Shown here piece after piece: positions 14,935 to 32,954 of a stretch of 64,000 nucleotides of DNA. The stretch is taken from assembly GCF_009914755.1 (NCBI RefSeq), contig NC_060927.1, one strand, 5' to 3'. A program made the position numbers and the translations under genes. The notes under the pieces were generated by a model. It was not told the DNA's origin, did not search any database, and worked only from the letters and a program-made list of their open reading frames with translations. The stretch's first letter is position 1. Each line of letters begins with the position of its first letter. Source of the stretch: the human T2T-CHM13v2.0 reference genome, Homo sapiens.

Positions 14935-17150
14935 TACCTTCCTACGACTTTTCCCTTTGCTCATTTTGCTGTAGCCACCCTGTCCTCTTATTGTTTATCT
15001 TAACGCAACAGGCAAGCTTCTCTCTCCATAACCTTTGCACAGGTGTTCCCTCTTCCTGCTATACTCTTTCCTGTACCACCTTCAAGTATTTGCTCAAATG
15101 TCACCTTCTCACTCTGACCACCCTATTCAATATTTCAGTTCCCCAACATAGCAGCACTCCAGGTGTCCCCTTATCCTGCTCTATAGCTTCTTTTTTCTGT
15201 AGCCCTTATCACTTTCTACTGTGCTGTATAACTTTATTCATTATGTAGTGTAATGAATTCAAGTGCCCCTGGAGCAAGGATCTTTGTCTCATTTCTTCAC
15301 TGATATAGCCTGTGTTCCTAGAATAGTGCATAGTGCACACTAAGGGCTCTATAAGTATATATTAGATTAAATAACCTTCCAAAATAAGCTTGTCACTCAG
15401 TGGAAAAACCACTTCCTCCAGTGTAGAAGTGCAACTCTCTGAAGGTTGAGGAGAGATTGAACAAATTTTCTCTGCTCCATGAAAGACCAGACCACTGCTG
15501 CCTTAACATTGCGTGCCACCAAGTATTGACATCACAATTAACCCAAGAAATTGGTCACAAGTAGGAGTTTGTCATTAGAACTCCTAATCTGCTATCCCCT
15601 ACAGTGCCTCCAGGACCCATTTATCAAGCCTCTCATCTCCATAAAGCCAAGTTTCTTTCATCCCCGGACTCTTTCCCCATGCAATGTAGTTTAGCTTCTA
15701 TTCTTCTGACTCTGCTTCCACCACCTTGAGCCCCCAAACTCTGCCCTCTGGAGCTCACTGTCATCATTAGCAGGTGCTTCCTGTCTCCAGCTCTTCTCTG
15801 AAAATGACCATCATTGTTTTGCTCCAAAGTCTGCCTCTCCCCCAAGGGCACAGCTACCTTGCAGCTTTTTCAAATAGTGGCTCTTTATTCTCTTTCCAAT
15901 TTAACTCTGGACTTATTCCAGACCAGAACTCCAGGTCCTTTAAAGTGCTTGCCATCTGAATGTACTACCGACCATGATCCTTGTTCTAGCCATCTTTCAG
16001 CCTTGTAGCCAGTCCCTCTCATTCACAGAACACTTTATTACCTAGACCACTGATGTGGTTTTGCCCACTAGTCCTGTGAATTTCCACTTTGGTGACACAG
16101 CATCCCTTCAGTGACCTATCCAACATCCTAGTCTCTCAACTTTCTGCCTCCTACAAATCTTCTTGTTTATGGTCCTTTTCTAGTCTTTGTCATCCTTAAT
16201 AATGCCCAGCCTCCAAATTCTTGACCTTAGGCACTCTAGTCTCTGACCTCCACTTCTCATCTTCTTGTGGCTCCATTCCAATAATCCTTCATCCCTGTAA
16301 TCTAGAAACTTTCACTTTTTCATTGTCAGGGACCCCTTCTTGTTCTGTCTTCTTTCTTACTTATCTTGGACTCTGTGGTCCATCAGGATATTTGTTTCTT
16401 TGTGTCTCAGACCATTTTGTGCTGATATAACAGAATACCACAGACTGGATAATTTATAATGAACAGATATTTATTGGCTCATGATTCTGGAGTATGGCCA
16501 GTCCAAGATTGAGGGGTCAGCATCTGGTAAGGGCATTCTTGCTGTGTCATCCCATGACAGAAAGGCAAAAGAAAGGCAAGAAAGAGAGGCAAAAGGGAGC
16601 TGAACCTGTCCTTTTATAAGGAACCCACTCCCACAATAATGAGCCTGCTCCTGAGATAACAGCATTAATCTATCCTCGTGGCCTAATCACCTCTTAGAGG
16701 TCTCACTCTTAATACAGTTACAATGATGATTGAGTTTCCAGCACATACTTTTTGGGGAATATATCAAACCATAGCAATTTGCATTCATCTTTAGTCTTTT
16801 TGTCCTTTCTGCTCCTTCAGCCATACTCACCTGACAAACCCCACCCCTGGTTAACCTCTGGCCACCCTCAGTGCCTCCCTTGCACCTAAGCATCTGAGTA
16901 TGTATGGAGGAAAAAGTACCACCATGTTGGGTGATTCTACTTTAAATTTTTGACTACAAGAGTCAGTGGGCCCTGAACCCTGCCTGGCAATCCTAAACCA
17001 TGCCTTCTCTCTCCTCAATCATCATCCTTGTCACCTCCTCACTCTCAGATAATTATACCTTTTCTTAATTCACTGAGAAAAGCATTCGGAGACAAACTGC
17101 TTTATCTTTGCCCTACTGAACCTACTTCTCTGTCTTCCCCCTTCGAAGCA
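14935..17150 (+). mobile_element. Degraded L2 fragments (interrupted by an MST LTR)
   Basis: CT-rich L2 body and L2 3' motif (CTAGAATAGTGC...ATAAGTATATATTAGATTAAATAA near 15320-15375); boundaries approximate. Confidence 0.6.
16402..16776 (-). mobile_element. MaLR solo LTR (MST family)
   Basis: TGTCTCAGACCATTTTGTGCTGATATAACAGAATACCACAGACTGG...AAACCATAGCA with TG..CA ends. Confidence 0.85.
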
Positions 17151-17765
17151 GATAACTAGATGTTACAATGGATAGTGATGACCACTCTGTGAGTAAATGC
17201 AGTAATTCTCTGTGTTTCAGGGTCTGAGAGGGAGGGATAAGACTTTAACTGTGACCTATTCCTTCTTAACCTTCAAAGACTGTCAACCTTCTCATTACTC
17301 TCTTTACCATGATTTCAGTTAAACAATAACATCACTTTCAATCATGTTTCCACTGCTTTTCATTTGCCTGCTAAATGGATGATAATGTAAAGTATGAACA
17401 CGTCTTTTCAAACAAAATGGGGTCCCAGAGGCACAGAACTTATAAATGTAAAAAGAACTTTTAGAGGTGGAGCCAAGATGGCCAAATAGGAACAGCCCCA
17501 GTCTACAGCTTCCAGCGTGAGCGATGCAGAAGACAGGTGATTTCTGCATTTCCAACTGAGGTACTGGGTTCATCTCACTGGGGAGTGTCGGACAGTGGGT
17601 GCAGGACAGTGGGTGCAGCACACGGAGCATGAGCCGAAGCAGGGCGAGGCATCGCCTCATCCGGGAAGTGCAAGGGGTCAGGGAATTCACTTTCCTAGTC
17701 AAAGAAAGGGGTGACAGATGGCACCTGGAAAATCAGGTCACTCCCACCCTAATACTGCGCTTTTC

Positions 17766-17915
17766 CTATGGTCTTAGCAAATGGCACACCTGGAGATTAT
17801 ATCCCGTGCCTGGCTCGGAGGGTCCTATGCCCACGGAGCCTCGCTCATTGCTAGCACAGCAGTCTGAGATCAAACTGCAAGGCAGCAGCAAGGCTGGGGG
17901 AGGGGCGCCTGCCAT
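17766..17915 (-). pseudogene. L1 antisense ORF0 homolog, truncated to 49 aa
   Basis: MAGAPPPALLLPCSLISDCCASNERGSVGIGPSEPG... matches the primate L1 ORF0 N-terminus; premature stop at 17766-17768. Confidence 0.8.
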
Positions 17916-18490
17916 TGCTGAGGCTTGAGTAGGTAAACAAAGTGGCCGGGAAGCTGGAACTGGGTGGAGCCCACCACAGCTCAAGGAGGCCTGCCTGCCT
18001 CTGTAGACTCCACCTCTGGGGGCAGGGCATAGCCAAACAAAAGGCACCAGAAACCTCTGCAGACTTAAATGTCCCTGTCCGACAGCTTTGAAGAGAATAA
18101 TGGTTCTCCCAGCATGCAGCTGGAGATCTGAGAATGGACAGACTGCCTCTTCAAGTGGGTCCCTGACCCCCGAGTAGCCTAACTGGGAGGCACCCCCCAG
18201 TAGGGGCAGACTGACACCTCACACGACTGGGTACTCCTCTCACACAAAACTTCCAGAGGAACAATTAGGCAGCAACATTTGCTGTTCACCAATATCTGCT
18301 GTTCTGCAGCCTCTGCTGCTGATACCCAGGCAAACAGGGTCTGGAGTGGACCTCCAGCAAACTCCAACAGACCTGCAGCTGAGGGTCCTGACTGTTAGAA
18401 GGAAAACTAAAAAACAGAAAGGACATCCACACCAAAACCCCATCTGTAAGTCACCATCATCAAAGACCAAAGGTAGATAAAACCACAAAG

Positions 18491-19501
18491 ATGGGGGAAA
18501 AAAACAGCAGAAAAACTGGAAACTCTAAATATCAGAGTGCCTCTCCTCCTCCAAAGGAACGGAGCTCCTCACCAACAACGGAACAAAGCTGTAGGAGAAT
18601 GACTTTGACAAGTTGAGAGAAGAAGGCTTCAGATGATCAAAGTACTCCGAGCTAAAGGAGGAAGTTCAAACCCATGGCAAAGACGTTAAAAACCTTGAAA
18701 AAAAATTAGATGAATGGCTAACTAGAATAACAAATGCAGAGAAGTCCTTAAAGGACCTGATGGAGCTGAAAACCATGGCACGATAACTACATGATGAATG
18801 CAGAAGCCTCAGTAGCCGATTCGATCAACTGGAAGAAAGGGTATCAGTGATGGAAGATCAAATGAATGAAATGAAGCAAGAAGAGAACTTTAGAGAAAAA
18901 AGAATAAAAGAAACAAACAGAGCCTCCAAGAAATATGGGACTATGTGAAAAGACCAAATCTACGTCTGATTGGTGTACTTGAAAGTGACGGGGAGAATGG
19001 AACCAAGTTGGAAAACACTCTGCAGGATATTATACAGAAGAACTTCCCCAATCTAGCAAGGCAGGCCAACATTCAAATTCAGGAAATACAATGAATGACG
19101 CAAAGATACTCCTCGAGAAGAGCAACTCCAAGACACATAATTGTCAGATTCACCAAAGTTGAAATGAAGGAAAAAATGTTAAGGGCAGCCAGAGAGAAAG
19201 GTCGGGTTACCCACAAAGGGAAGCCCATCAGACTAACAGCTGATCTCTTCGCAGAAACTCTACAAGCCAGAAGAGAGTGGGGGCCAATATTCAACATTCT
19301 TAAAAGAATTTTCAACCCAGAATTTCCTATCCAGCCAAACTAAGCTTCATAAGTGAAGGAGAAATAAAATCCTTTACAGACAAGCAAATGCTGAGAGATT
19401 CTGTCACCACCAGGCCTGCCATACAAGAGCTCCTGAAGGAAGCACTAAACATGGAAAAGAACAACCGGTACCAGCCACTGCAAAAACATGCCAAATTGTA
19501 A
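18491..19501 (+). pseudogene. L1 ORF1p, disrupted
   Basis: ATG at 18491, several stops/frameshifts; fragment RYSSRRATPRHIIVRFTKVEMKEK in ORF track 19095-19343. Confidence 0.92.
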
Positions 19502-19564
19502 AGACCATCGAGGCTAGGAAGGAACTGCATCAACTAAGGAGCAAAATAACCAGCTAACATCATA

Positions 19565-23381
<3,817 letters not shown>

Positions 23382-24392
23382 ACAATGAGAACACATGGAC
23401 ACAGGAAGGAGAACATCACACACCAGGGCCTGTTGTGGGAGGAGGGGAGGGGGGAGGGATAACAATAGGAAATATACCTAATGTTAAATGACGAGTTAAT
23501 GGGTGCAGCACACCAACATGGCACATGTATACCTATGTAACAAACCTGCACGTTGTGCACATGTACCCTAAAACTTTAATAAAAAAAATTACAATAAATT
23601 ATTGTTAACTTTAAAAAAAAAAGAACTTTTAAATGTAGATTAATAAATGTTATAAATGAATGTATATACCTTGATTATGGCAATTTGAGCTATTGTCAAA
23701 ATATCACGCACATGAAGACTGTTCTAAGTGACTCCAAGCAAATTCCTATCAGCATTTGCCTCCAGCAGCACCATTAGGAAGAGTGTAGTGGTCATGCTGC
23801 AAACAGCATCTACTCTCCCCAGGAAAGGTTCCTCCCCATGTCATGGCCGATTTGTGTCTTAAGTTCTAAAGTCAGAGTGTCAAGCCAAAAACCCACACAG
23901 AATGGCTTTGAAAATCCTTCGATTACTCATAAATAACTGTACATCTCTTGAAATGCCCAGAGCTAGCCCTGGCCTTGTCATGGGAAGACATGCCCTATAT
24001 CTTTACACAGCTGTGCCTGGGAGGTACTTGAGGGACTTGATGATTTGTGACTTGCTTTCGTCCTTAATTTTTTGTGAGTCTTAATTTTATGAGATGAAAG
24101 CAGACTACAAGCCAAGAAAACTGATGAGACTGACATAAAGCTTCCCCTGTAACCCATCCCCATTCGCTGGTCATTCTGACAGATGGCCCTGGGAAGCCCA
24201 CAGCCACCAAGACTCTAGTATTCTGTGAGGTTTAATAGATAGAAGTTATACACACTTGTTCATTTTTCCTAAAATGTTCTTAGATTAGAAACATGCTAGG
24301 TTACCTTCTCCTTTCTCCTACCCTGGATTTGAATACCTGGGAAAACATGTTTTCTTCTGCATTTCAATGATAACTCTCATGAATTCTTTGTA

Positions 24393-24700
24393 TTGGTGTT
24401 TCCCAAAGTGTGACAGTGGACTGCTGCTGGTGGACCAGATGAATGTGGGTGGTGCACAGCTGAACATTTTTTGATATTGATAGTTATATTTTTGTTTTAA
24501 TGTATATTAGAAAAAATTTAACAAGCATAACTATCCTAATGCTTCATGGATATAAATGCTTAGAATTAGTCAAAATGATGATATTCAAGATATTTAGGTG
24601 AAATGAAAAGAAGAGATATTAAAATTAGTAATAAAGTTGATATATACATTTGGCAAAAATGGTGAAAGTGGTTGCCTGCAGACTTGCAAATGGGAAAGTG
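24393..24700. mobile_element. Possible hAT-Charlie DNA transposon relic
   Basis: Terminus-like GTGTTTCCCAAAGTGTG followed by an AT-rich interior. Confidence 0.35.
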
Positions 24701-24994
24701 TGTGCTCAATAAACAGAGCCATGAGACAGTTTCTTAAATGGCAAAGGATGTGGAAACTTTTGGAGACAGTTCTATAAAACAAGAGACAGCTCAGCATGCT
24801 CCATATGGAAAGATTTATTTCTCAGGCCCTCGAGTTTCCCTCACTGGTAAGTACAGCTGCTGGTGATACTGAGACAGGGTAGGGATTATTTTACTGTTAT
24901 CATGCAGTTCTGTCTCATAAAGAAATGGTAGGAATCATTCAAGTCTTTCACCTTTCGAGTTAGAGAACCACATAATAGTAACTGAATTCCATCA

Positions 24995-25390
24995 GTCAGT
25001 CAGTCAACAATCACTTCAAAGCACCTCTGAGTGTTAGGCACTGGGCCAGGTGCTGGGATTAGAGGGGTGAGAAGGCCATACATTGCAAGGGTGTAAGCCT
25101 GGAAGTGACTTATATTAGCATTCCTGAAAGATCATTCTGGATGTCCCTGTGACTAGACAGGCAGCAAAACTAGAATGGACCAGGGAAGAGCTGATTGCAA
25201 TAAGAGATGATGGCAGCTTGAACCGGGATAGTGATAGTGGCAATGGGGAGGAACAGGCAGATTCAAAAGATATTTCAGGATAGATTCAATAGACTCTGGT
25301 GACTGGTTAGACATCGTGGGTGAGAGAAAGAGAGGAATCACCAGAATGCTAGATTTCTGGTTTCAGAAGCCCCATGGAAGGTGATACCAG
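24995..25390 (-). mobile_element. L2 fragments
   Basis: CAGTCAACAATCACTT...GGCACTGGGCCAGGTGCTGGG (L2 3' end, reverse) and GATAGATTCAATAGACTCTGGTGACTGGTTAGA. Confidence 0.65.
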
Positions 25391-25604
25391 GTCCTCAGAA
25401 TTCACACAACATATTGCTGGGGATCACAGCCTTGCACTCTAGAAGTATTGCAGTTTGTGGCTGGCATGTCAGTTCCTCCTCAAGGGTGCAAGTTGTGCCT
25501 TATCCTTTTGGTGTGAGGTCAGGCATGCAAAAGGCCTTTGATCAATGTTGACTAAAAGACTAGTTGAGAACTTAAGGTGTATGAACACATGGGGAATTAA
25601 CTCA

Positions 25605-26635
<1,031 letters not shown>

Positions 26636-27879
26636 GAGCCAGCACTTTTGGCTGGCTCTGTGTGGGAATCGGTGGCCTCTCTCTGAGTGGCCCCCTGTGA
26701 GGTGTCTTCAAGGGATTTTTAGGGAGTGGACATGCTCAGGTGAGATTGGAGCTCTAGAAAGAAAACAGATTTGTGAAGAAGACCCCCTTTGGGGATTCCC
26801 AGAAATGAAGGGACACTGAAGATCTACTTGTATGTGGGTTGAGTCTTGTGAAATAGGATTTCACTGGTTCAGAACAACATTAGAGCTGAAGACCAGAGCT
26901 GGGAAATTGGCCAGCTCCAGGTATTAGAAATCCAATAGGCTGGAAAGGGCATACCTATAATGACAGCTCTGGATGAAGTGTTGTAGGGTGAGAAGAAAAA
27001 AAATGATCAGCTTCCCTTAATGTACCTTTTCTCCATTGCAATTTTTAGAGATTCTATACTTCTGTGGCTAGCTGTATATATATTCTTTCTCCTCAAGTCT
27101 TTCGGCACTCTGAATATGAATGAAGATGCTTCACCAACCAGTTCAGATCCACATTCATTTAGTATTGGGATGTTTGTATTCTTGCTTTTGTTTCCGAAAA
27201 GCTTATACTATCACCTCTGGCCACATAGTATAAATCGTACTGTTTTCCCAACACCCAACTAAGACTCTAAGAGGTTTATACCTGAATAATTTGCTCAGGG
27301 CCAGGTAAGTCCTACACAGCAGATTCAGCCTGAGCCTATCTGACTGTCAAGTTTATTAATTTCCTGCTATGCCCACCTGCCATCTGTCTTTTCTGACTTT
27401 TTTACTATGAAAAACTTCTAGACAAGTTCAGAGAGTTGATAGCTCTCCTGGGCCCCTGCCCCTTGAAAACTCTAGGTGTCTATGAACATGTTTCAATCTA
27501 GTGGATTTCAGCACAGGCATGTCTGACTGAGTTCCTGAACCTTCCACTGAGCACCCTGATGTCTTCTCTTCCAAAGAACTCTTAAAGCATTACATTTTTT
27601 ACCTTTTACCTGAGGGGCTTACACTAGTCCAAGGAACCAGAGAAATATTAAAGAGGGTGCATTTGATAGAACTTAGAGTCATAAGCCAGAAACCTTGCCA
27701 GAAAGAAATCTGTGATGCCCAGGAAGGGTTTCCACCCTCTGCTGTGATGCTGAGACAGGACAAAAGTGGGGCTGTGCTAGGGGGACAGTGATCAGGTGTG
27801 GGCCATTGAGCCCGGGCCATACCATGTCAGGCCCACTCAGGTAGTACATATCCTGCTCCTTCCTAATTTCCACTTTGTA

Positions 27880-28218
27880 TTTTTAATTTTATTTTTATTT
27901 TTTATTTCCATAGGTTTTTAGGGAACAGGTGGTGTTTGGTTACATGAATTAGGTTTTTAGTGGTGATTTCTGAGATTTTGGTGCACCTGTCACCCGAGCA
28001 GTATACACTGTACCCCATGTGTAGTCTTTTATCCCTCACCCCAGCTCCCACCTTTCCTTCTGAGTCCCCAAAGTCCACTGTATTATTATTATGCCTTTGC
28101 ATCCTCATAGCTTAGCTCCCACTTATAAGTCAGAAGATGTAATATATGGTTTTTCATTCCTGAGTTACTTCACTTAGAATAATGGTCTCCAATTCCATCC
28201 AGGTTGCTGTGAATGCCG
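27880..28218 (-). mobile_element. L1PB1-like 3' end
   Basis: T-rich tail then GGGAACAGGTGGTGTTTGGTTACATGA...GATTTTGGTGCACC. Confidence 0.85.
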
Positions 28219-28634
28219 TTTCCAAGAGATACATGTGCAGGTGTGTTACAAGGGTATATTTTGTGATGCTGAGGTTTGGGTTTCTATTGATCCCATCACC
28301 CAGTTAGTAAACATAGTACCTGATGAGAAGTTCTTCAACCCTTGCCCCCTCCCTCCTATCCCCCTTTTGGAGTCCCCAGTGTCCCATCTTCATGTCCATA
28401 CTTAATATTTAGCTCCCACTTACTAGTGACAACATGCCATATTTGGTTTTCTGATTCTGCCTTAATTTGCTTAGAATAATGGCCTCCAGCTGCATCCAGG
28501 TTGCTGCAAAGGAAGTGATTTAATTCCTTTTTTATGGCTGAATAGTATTCTGTGGTGTTTATGTACCACATTTACTTACTTTATCCAATCCACCACTGAT
28601 GGGCACCTAGATTGATTGCTATTCTTTGCTATTG
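28219..28634 (-). mobile_element. L1PA15/16-like 3' end
   Basis: ATACATGTGCAGG...GATGCTGAGGTTTGGG...TTTGGAGTCCCCAGTGTC followed by ORF2 C-terminus. Confidence 0.85.
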
Positions 28635-29284
28635 CCTAATTTCCACACTTTGTGTGTCTTGTGTTCACCTGCTCCTGCATATCATAGGCTCCTGTCTTAC
28701 TAACTCACTCCTGTAACTCATAGTACCTGGCAGAGTGCTGTGAGAAAGTCAGTTCTAAGTCAGTATTTGTTAAATGTATGAAATAACCCATGTATATGTC
28801 TCAGGCATAGATATGCCATCAGGCATTATTTCTACAATTAATTAGGTCCATTCTCTGGCTTTATTGGCCATTATACTTGTGTCACTTGTTCCAAGGTAAA
28901 AGTGTGTGCACAAAATTAATAAGCCAAAACAATCATAGTTTTCAAAATAATACAGATGAAAGTATTGAAACATGGAAAATAGATTTCATAGGCAGATGAT
29001 TTGGAACAATGCAGTTTGATTTCATTGGCACCAAATGGAAATATTTAATAATAGAAGTATTAGCTGTGTTGCTTCTCATGGATAACAGTCTTCCTTTTAG
29101 CATGCCAGTTGTATTGGAACCATGTCATGCCCGTCTTTTGAGTATCTTGTCTATAATGTATTTTGCAACACCATATATATAATATCATGTAATACTTTGC
29201 AAATCTCCTTTGTAACTGGGTCTATAATGTGGAAAATACATTAAATAAAATATGCAAGATATATAATGCATGCACACATATATA

Positions 29285-30020
29285 TAATTAGAAATTGCAA
29301 AAAGTCTATTAAGGAGAAAATTCAGGTGCTTTGAGAGTCACAGGGGGATTTAATTTGACCTGATAGACAAGGGAAGGCCTTTCATGGAGAAATGGAGGTG
29401 GCCGAATGGAATTTAGCTGAGTTAATATTGGTACAAGGAGCTTCCATGAGGAGGGATCATGAGGGAAGGTCTCAAAGAAGAGAAGAATTTGGCATTTTCA
29501 AAGAAAAGAAAGAAGGTGCATATGGTTAAAGAATCAGATGAACTTGGAGGCATCCAGGCCATGTGAGTTCCTATTACACCCAGAGAAAAACTAGGGTCTG
29601 TGAAAGCATGCTAAGCAGGTGGGTGACCCCATCAAATTTCATTCAGGAAAGGTCCTTCTTGCCGTAGTTTAGAGAAGGAAAATAGAAGGAGAGAGGGAAG
29701 TTTAGTACCCAGCTTAGAAGGAGGCTGTTGTGGCAGAGCTTGCAGTAAGCCGAGACTGCGCCACTGTACTCCAGCCTGGGTGACAGAGCAAGACTCTGTC
29801 TCAAAAAAAAAGGAGGCTGCTGTGGTGGTCCCCAGGGCAGTGAGGTAGTGTTGAATTAGAGGAGTGACAGCAATGATGGATTCCAGATATGTTATATTTA
29901 GGGGCTAGAATATGTAGACCTGGATGGACTATGGCAGGTCAGGGGCATAATCAAGAAAACGTCCTGTTTCTGGCTTGAGCAGATGAGTGGTGGAGGGACC
30001 ATTAACTGAGCCTCAGATGC
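29285..30020 (-). mobile_element. L2 fragment hosting a truncated Alu
   Basis: Purine-rich L2 body motifs (GGAAGGCCTT..., GGCTTGAGCAGATGAGTGG...CCATTAACTGAG); boundaries approximate. Confidence 0.65.
29732..29809 (+). mobile_element. Severely 5'-truncated Alu (AluY-like 3' ~78 bp)
   Basis: GGCAGAGCTTGCAG...GTCTC(A)n; TSD AAGGAGGCTG(T/C)TGTGG at 29718-29733 and 29810-29825. Confidence 0.9.
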
Positions 30021-30280
30021 CTATATTCTCACTTCAGGAATCTGTGATTGAGCACCTTCTCTTCCTGGGAGTTTTCATGTTAAATGTTGATTATGCTGCC
30101 CTGTAATTATAAAGACTAATACTTACTCCAGAAAATTCTGTATTTGCAGTATTCGTCTTCTAGCATTTGCACTTACTTTGACCACTGTTAAGACACAAAG
30201 TTGTTGAGCTGAATGGAAAACTGCTGTGGATGTGTTCCCTTAAGCAGCTAAATTAAATGGGACATGTTGTTGTGAGGGCT

Positions 30281-30439
30281 TATTTTTTTTAAGAGGCTGG
30301 GTCTTGCTCTGTTGCCCTGGCTGGGGTGCAGTGGCACAATCATGGGACCATAGTCTTGAGCTGCTGGGCTCGGGCAATCCTCCCACCTCAGCCTCCAGAG
30401 CAGTTATGACTACAGGTGTTCACTACCATGCCCAGCTAA
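30281..30439 (-). mobile_element. Old Alu right monomer (FRAM/AluJ)
   Basis: GGGTCTTGCTCTGTTGCCC...CCTCCCACCTCAGCCTCC...CCATGCCCAGCTAA. Confidence 0.8.
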
Positions 30440-30495
30440 GTGATCATTGCATGTGTGTGATGGCCTCAGCAAATGCTGGGGGGAAATGTCTTTAC

Positions 30496-30554
30496 TTGGA
30501 GAAATAACTGATATTGGTTTAGTCTTTGGAGAAGTAACTTATATTGGTTTAGTC
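30496..30554. repeat. 30-bp tandem duplication (2 copies, 2 mismatches)
   Basis: TTGGAGAA(A/G)TAACT(G/T)ATATTGGTTTAGTC at 30496 and 30526. Confidence 0.9.
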
Positions 30555-31044
30555 ATCAGTGTCACTTGAAGACAGAGGCAGCCTCATTTTTGTCAGAATT
30601 CTGTACAGGCTAATGCATCCAGCCATGGAGAAAGCCGTTTCAAAATTCTGATCAGTTGTCAGAGGACCATTCATGTCCTAGGACTTGGCCATCATCATTC
30701 TCCTGTGAGCTACAGAGCAGGCTGTCCTCTGACTTTGCATTAGTTTAAATATATGTTAAAAAAAAAAACCACACATGGAGAATCCTTTCTAAAACAGGCG
30801 ATCCAATGAGGAAGTTATGGGAGGAAAGGGAATAGAAACGCCAACATACGTGAATGCTTCTGGCCTTAGCTCAGGTGTCCTCTCCTCATCAGTGTGCACA
30901 GTCTTGATTCAAACTCCCTCCATTCCTCACAGACATTGTGATGAGACAAGATTGACTTAACCTCCATGAACCTCAGTTTCTTCTTTTGCATATGCTGGCA
31001 TTGTGTGCCGAGTATCTAATGTGGCTCCTGGCCCAGAGCAGACT

Positions 31045-31444
31045 ACAGTGGGTTCTCCAGAGAAACAAAACCACTAGGATGTGTGTATGTGTGTGCAAGA
31101 TTGACTGATTTTAAGGAGTTGGCTTAGATGATTATGAAAACTGGCATATCAAAATCTGCCGAATGGTCACAAGGCTTGAGAGCTAGGGAAGAGTTGCACT
31201 TCAGTCCAAAGGTGTTCTGCTGGCAGAATTCCCTCTTCTTCAGGGAGGTCAGTCTTTTTCTTAAGTCCTTTGATTGGATGAGGCTCATCCACATTATGCA
31301 GGGTGATCTGCCTTAATCAAAGTCTATAGGTTTAAATGTTAATCTTGTCTGAAAAACACCTTGACAAGAACACCCAGACCTTTCTACCCACATATCTGGG
31401 TACTGTGGCCTAGCCAAATTAACATACAAAATTAACCATCACAC
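31045..31444 (-). mobile_element. MLT2 (ERVL) LTR
   Basis: GGGTTCTCCAGAGAAACAAAACC...AAAATTAACCATCACA. Confidence 0.85.
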
Positions 31445-32506
31445 AGATTATCTAAAAATGCCTTTGCAGACACAACTGGCTGTCTTTTGCTGAGTTCAGT
31501 GGCCCTCCCAGTTCCTCTGGGGAAGACCCTGGGGTAGAGACTTCATGCTCCATAGCACTTGACTCCCATGGTTTTGTCTTTTCTTGGCTCTGAACTTCTC
31601 TGCACTTAGAATATTATATGGTACAAGGTAGCATTTCCATATATGTTTATTTAATAAAGGACCACATAAATTATGTAGGATCCATTTAAACAAGCAAAGG
31701 ACAGAAATTTCAATAAGCTATGTATTTATTTATTCAGTATGAATTTAAAGCAATGGATAAATTTAGATATAAGCTTCAGGAAAGACGTTTAACATATTTT
31801 AAAATGAAGCCTGTTAAACTAATGCTATCCATTTTTTTCCAAAATGGTATTTTCTGTATTAAACTTTAGGGTATTTCTCTGGCTTAGCCAGGCTGTAAGT
31901 CCCTGCTTTGTCTCAGTTTCCTCTCCAGGGAAACAGGAGAGTGTGGTAGAAGGAAGAGAGTATATTGCAGTCACTCTGTGATTCCAGAATCAAGAGCCAG
32001 CTCAGACACAGGGGTACATGAACTGGAAGACACAGCCGAGGGAGAACAGCACTTCAGCAATATTGGTAATTATAGCAAGACCCTGCAGGACTCCTTACAT
32101 CACAGTCTCCACATGGCCACTCGACCTCAGGAAGCCTGATGGTTCCCGAACCAGAAAATATGCTTATTCCAATCAGCCCCCAAGAGTGATATTGCTGAAA
32201 GAACACGAAGTCAAAAGAATTTCAGGTTCTCTGCAGATTTGCCTCTTGTCTTCTCATTTCCTTGTGCCCAGACAGGACCTAGGTAGCCTTAGGGATGCAG
32301 ACACTGCGTGATGTTTCCAGCAGGTGCACCACTGAGTCCGTCTGCTCCCTGTGTGCTTCCTATTTCCTTGTTCAAAGCTTCTCCTGCCTGCCCTTGCTCC
32401 AGGCCTGAGGTTGAGGTGACAGGACTTACTGTCACAGAAGCCAAGACAAATGGATGGGCAGGGGAGGAAGAGAAATAGCAACACAGAGTGTTCCCTGCTG
32501 GAGTGA

Positions 32507-32954
<448 letters not shown>

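Noticed and set aside
30496-30554. Short direct repeats as a CRISPR-like array (also 55658-55734, 58975-59290)
   Set aside because: Two adjacent copies, no spacers, mammalian DNA; ordinary tandem duplications.
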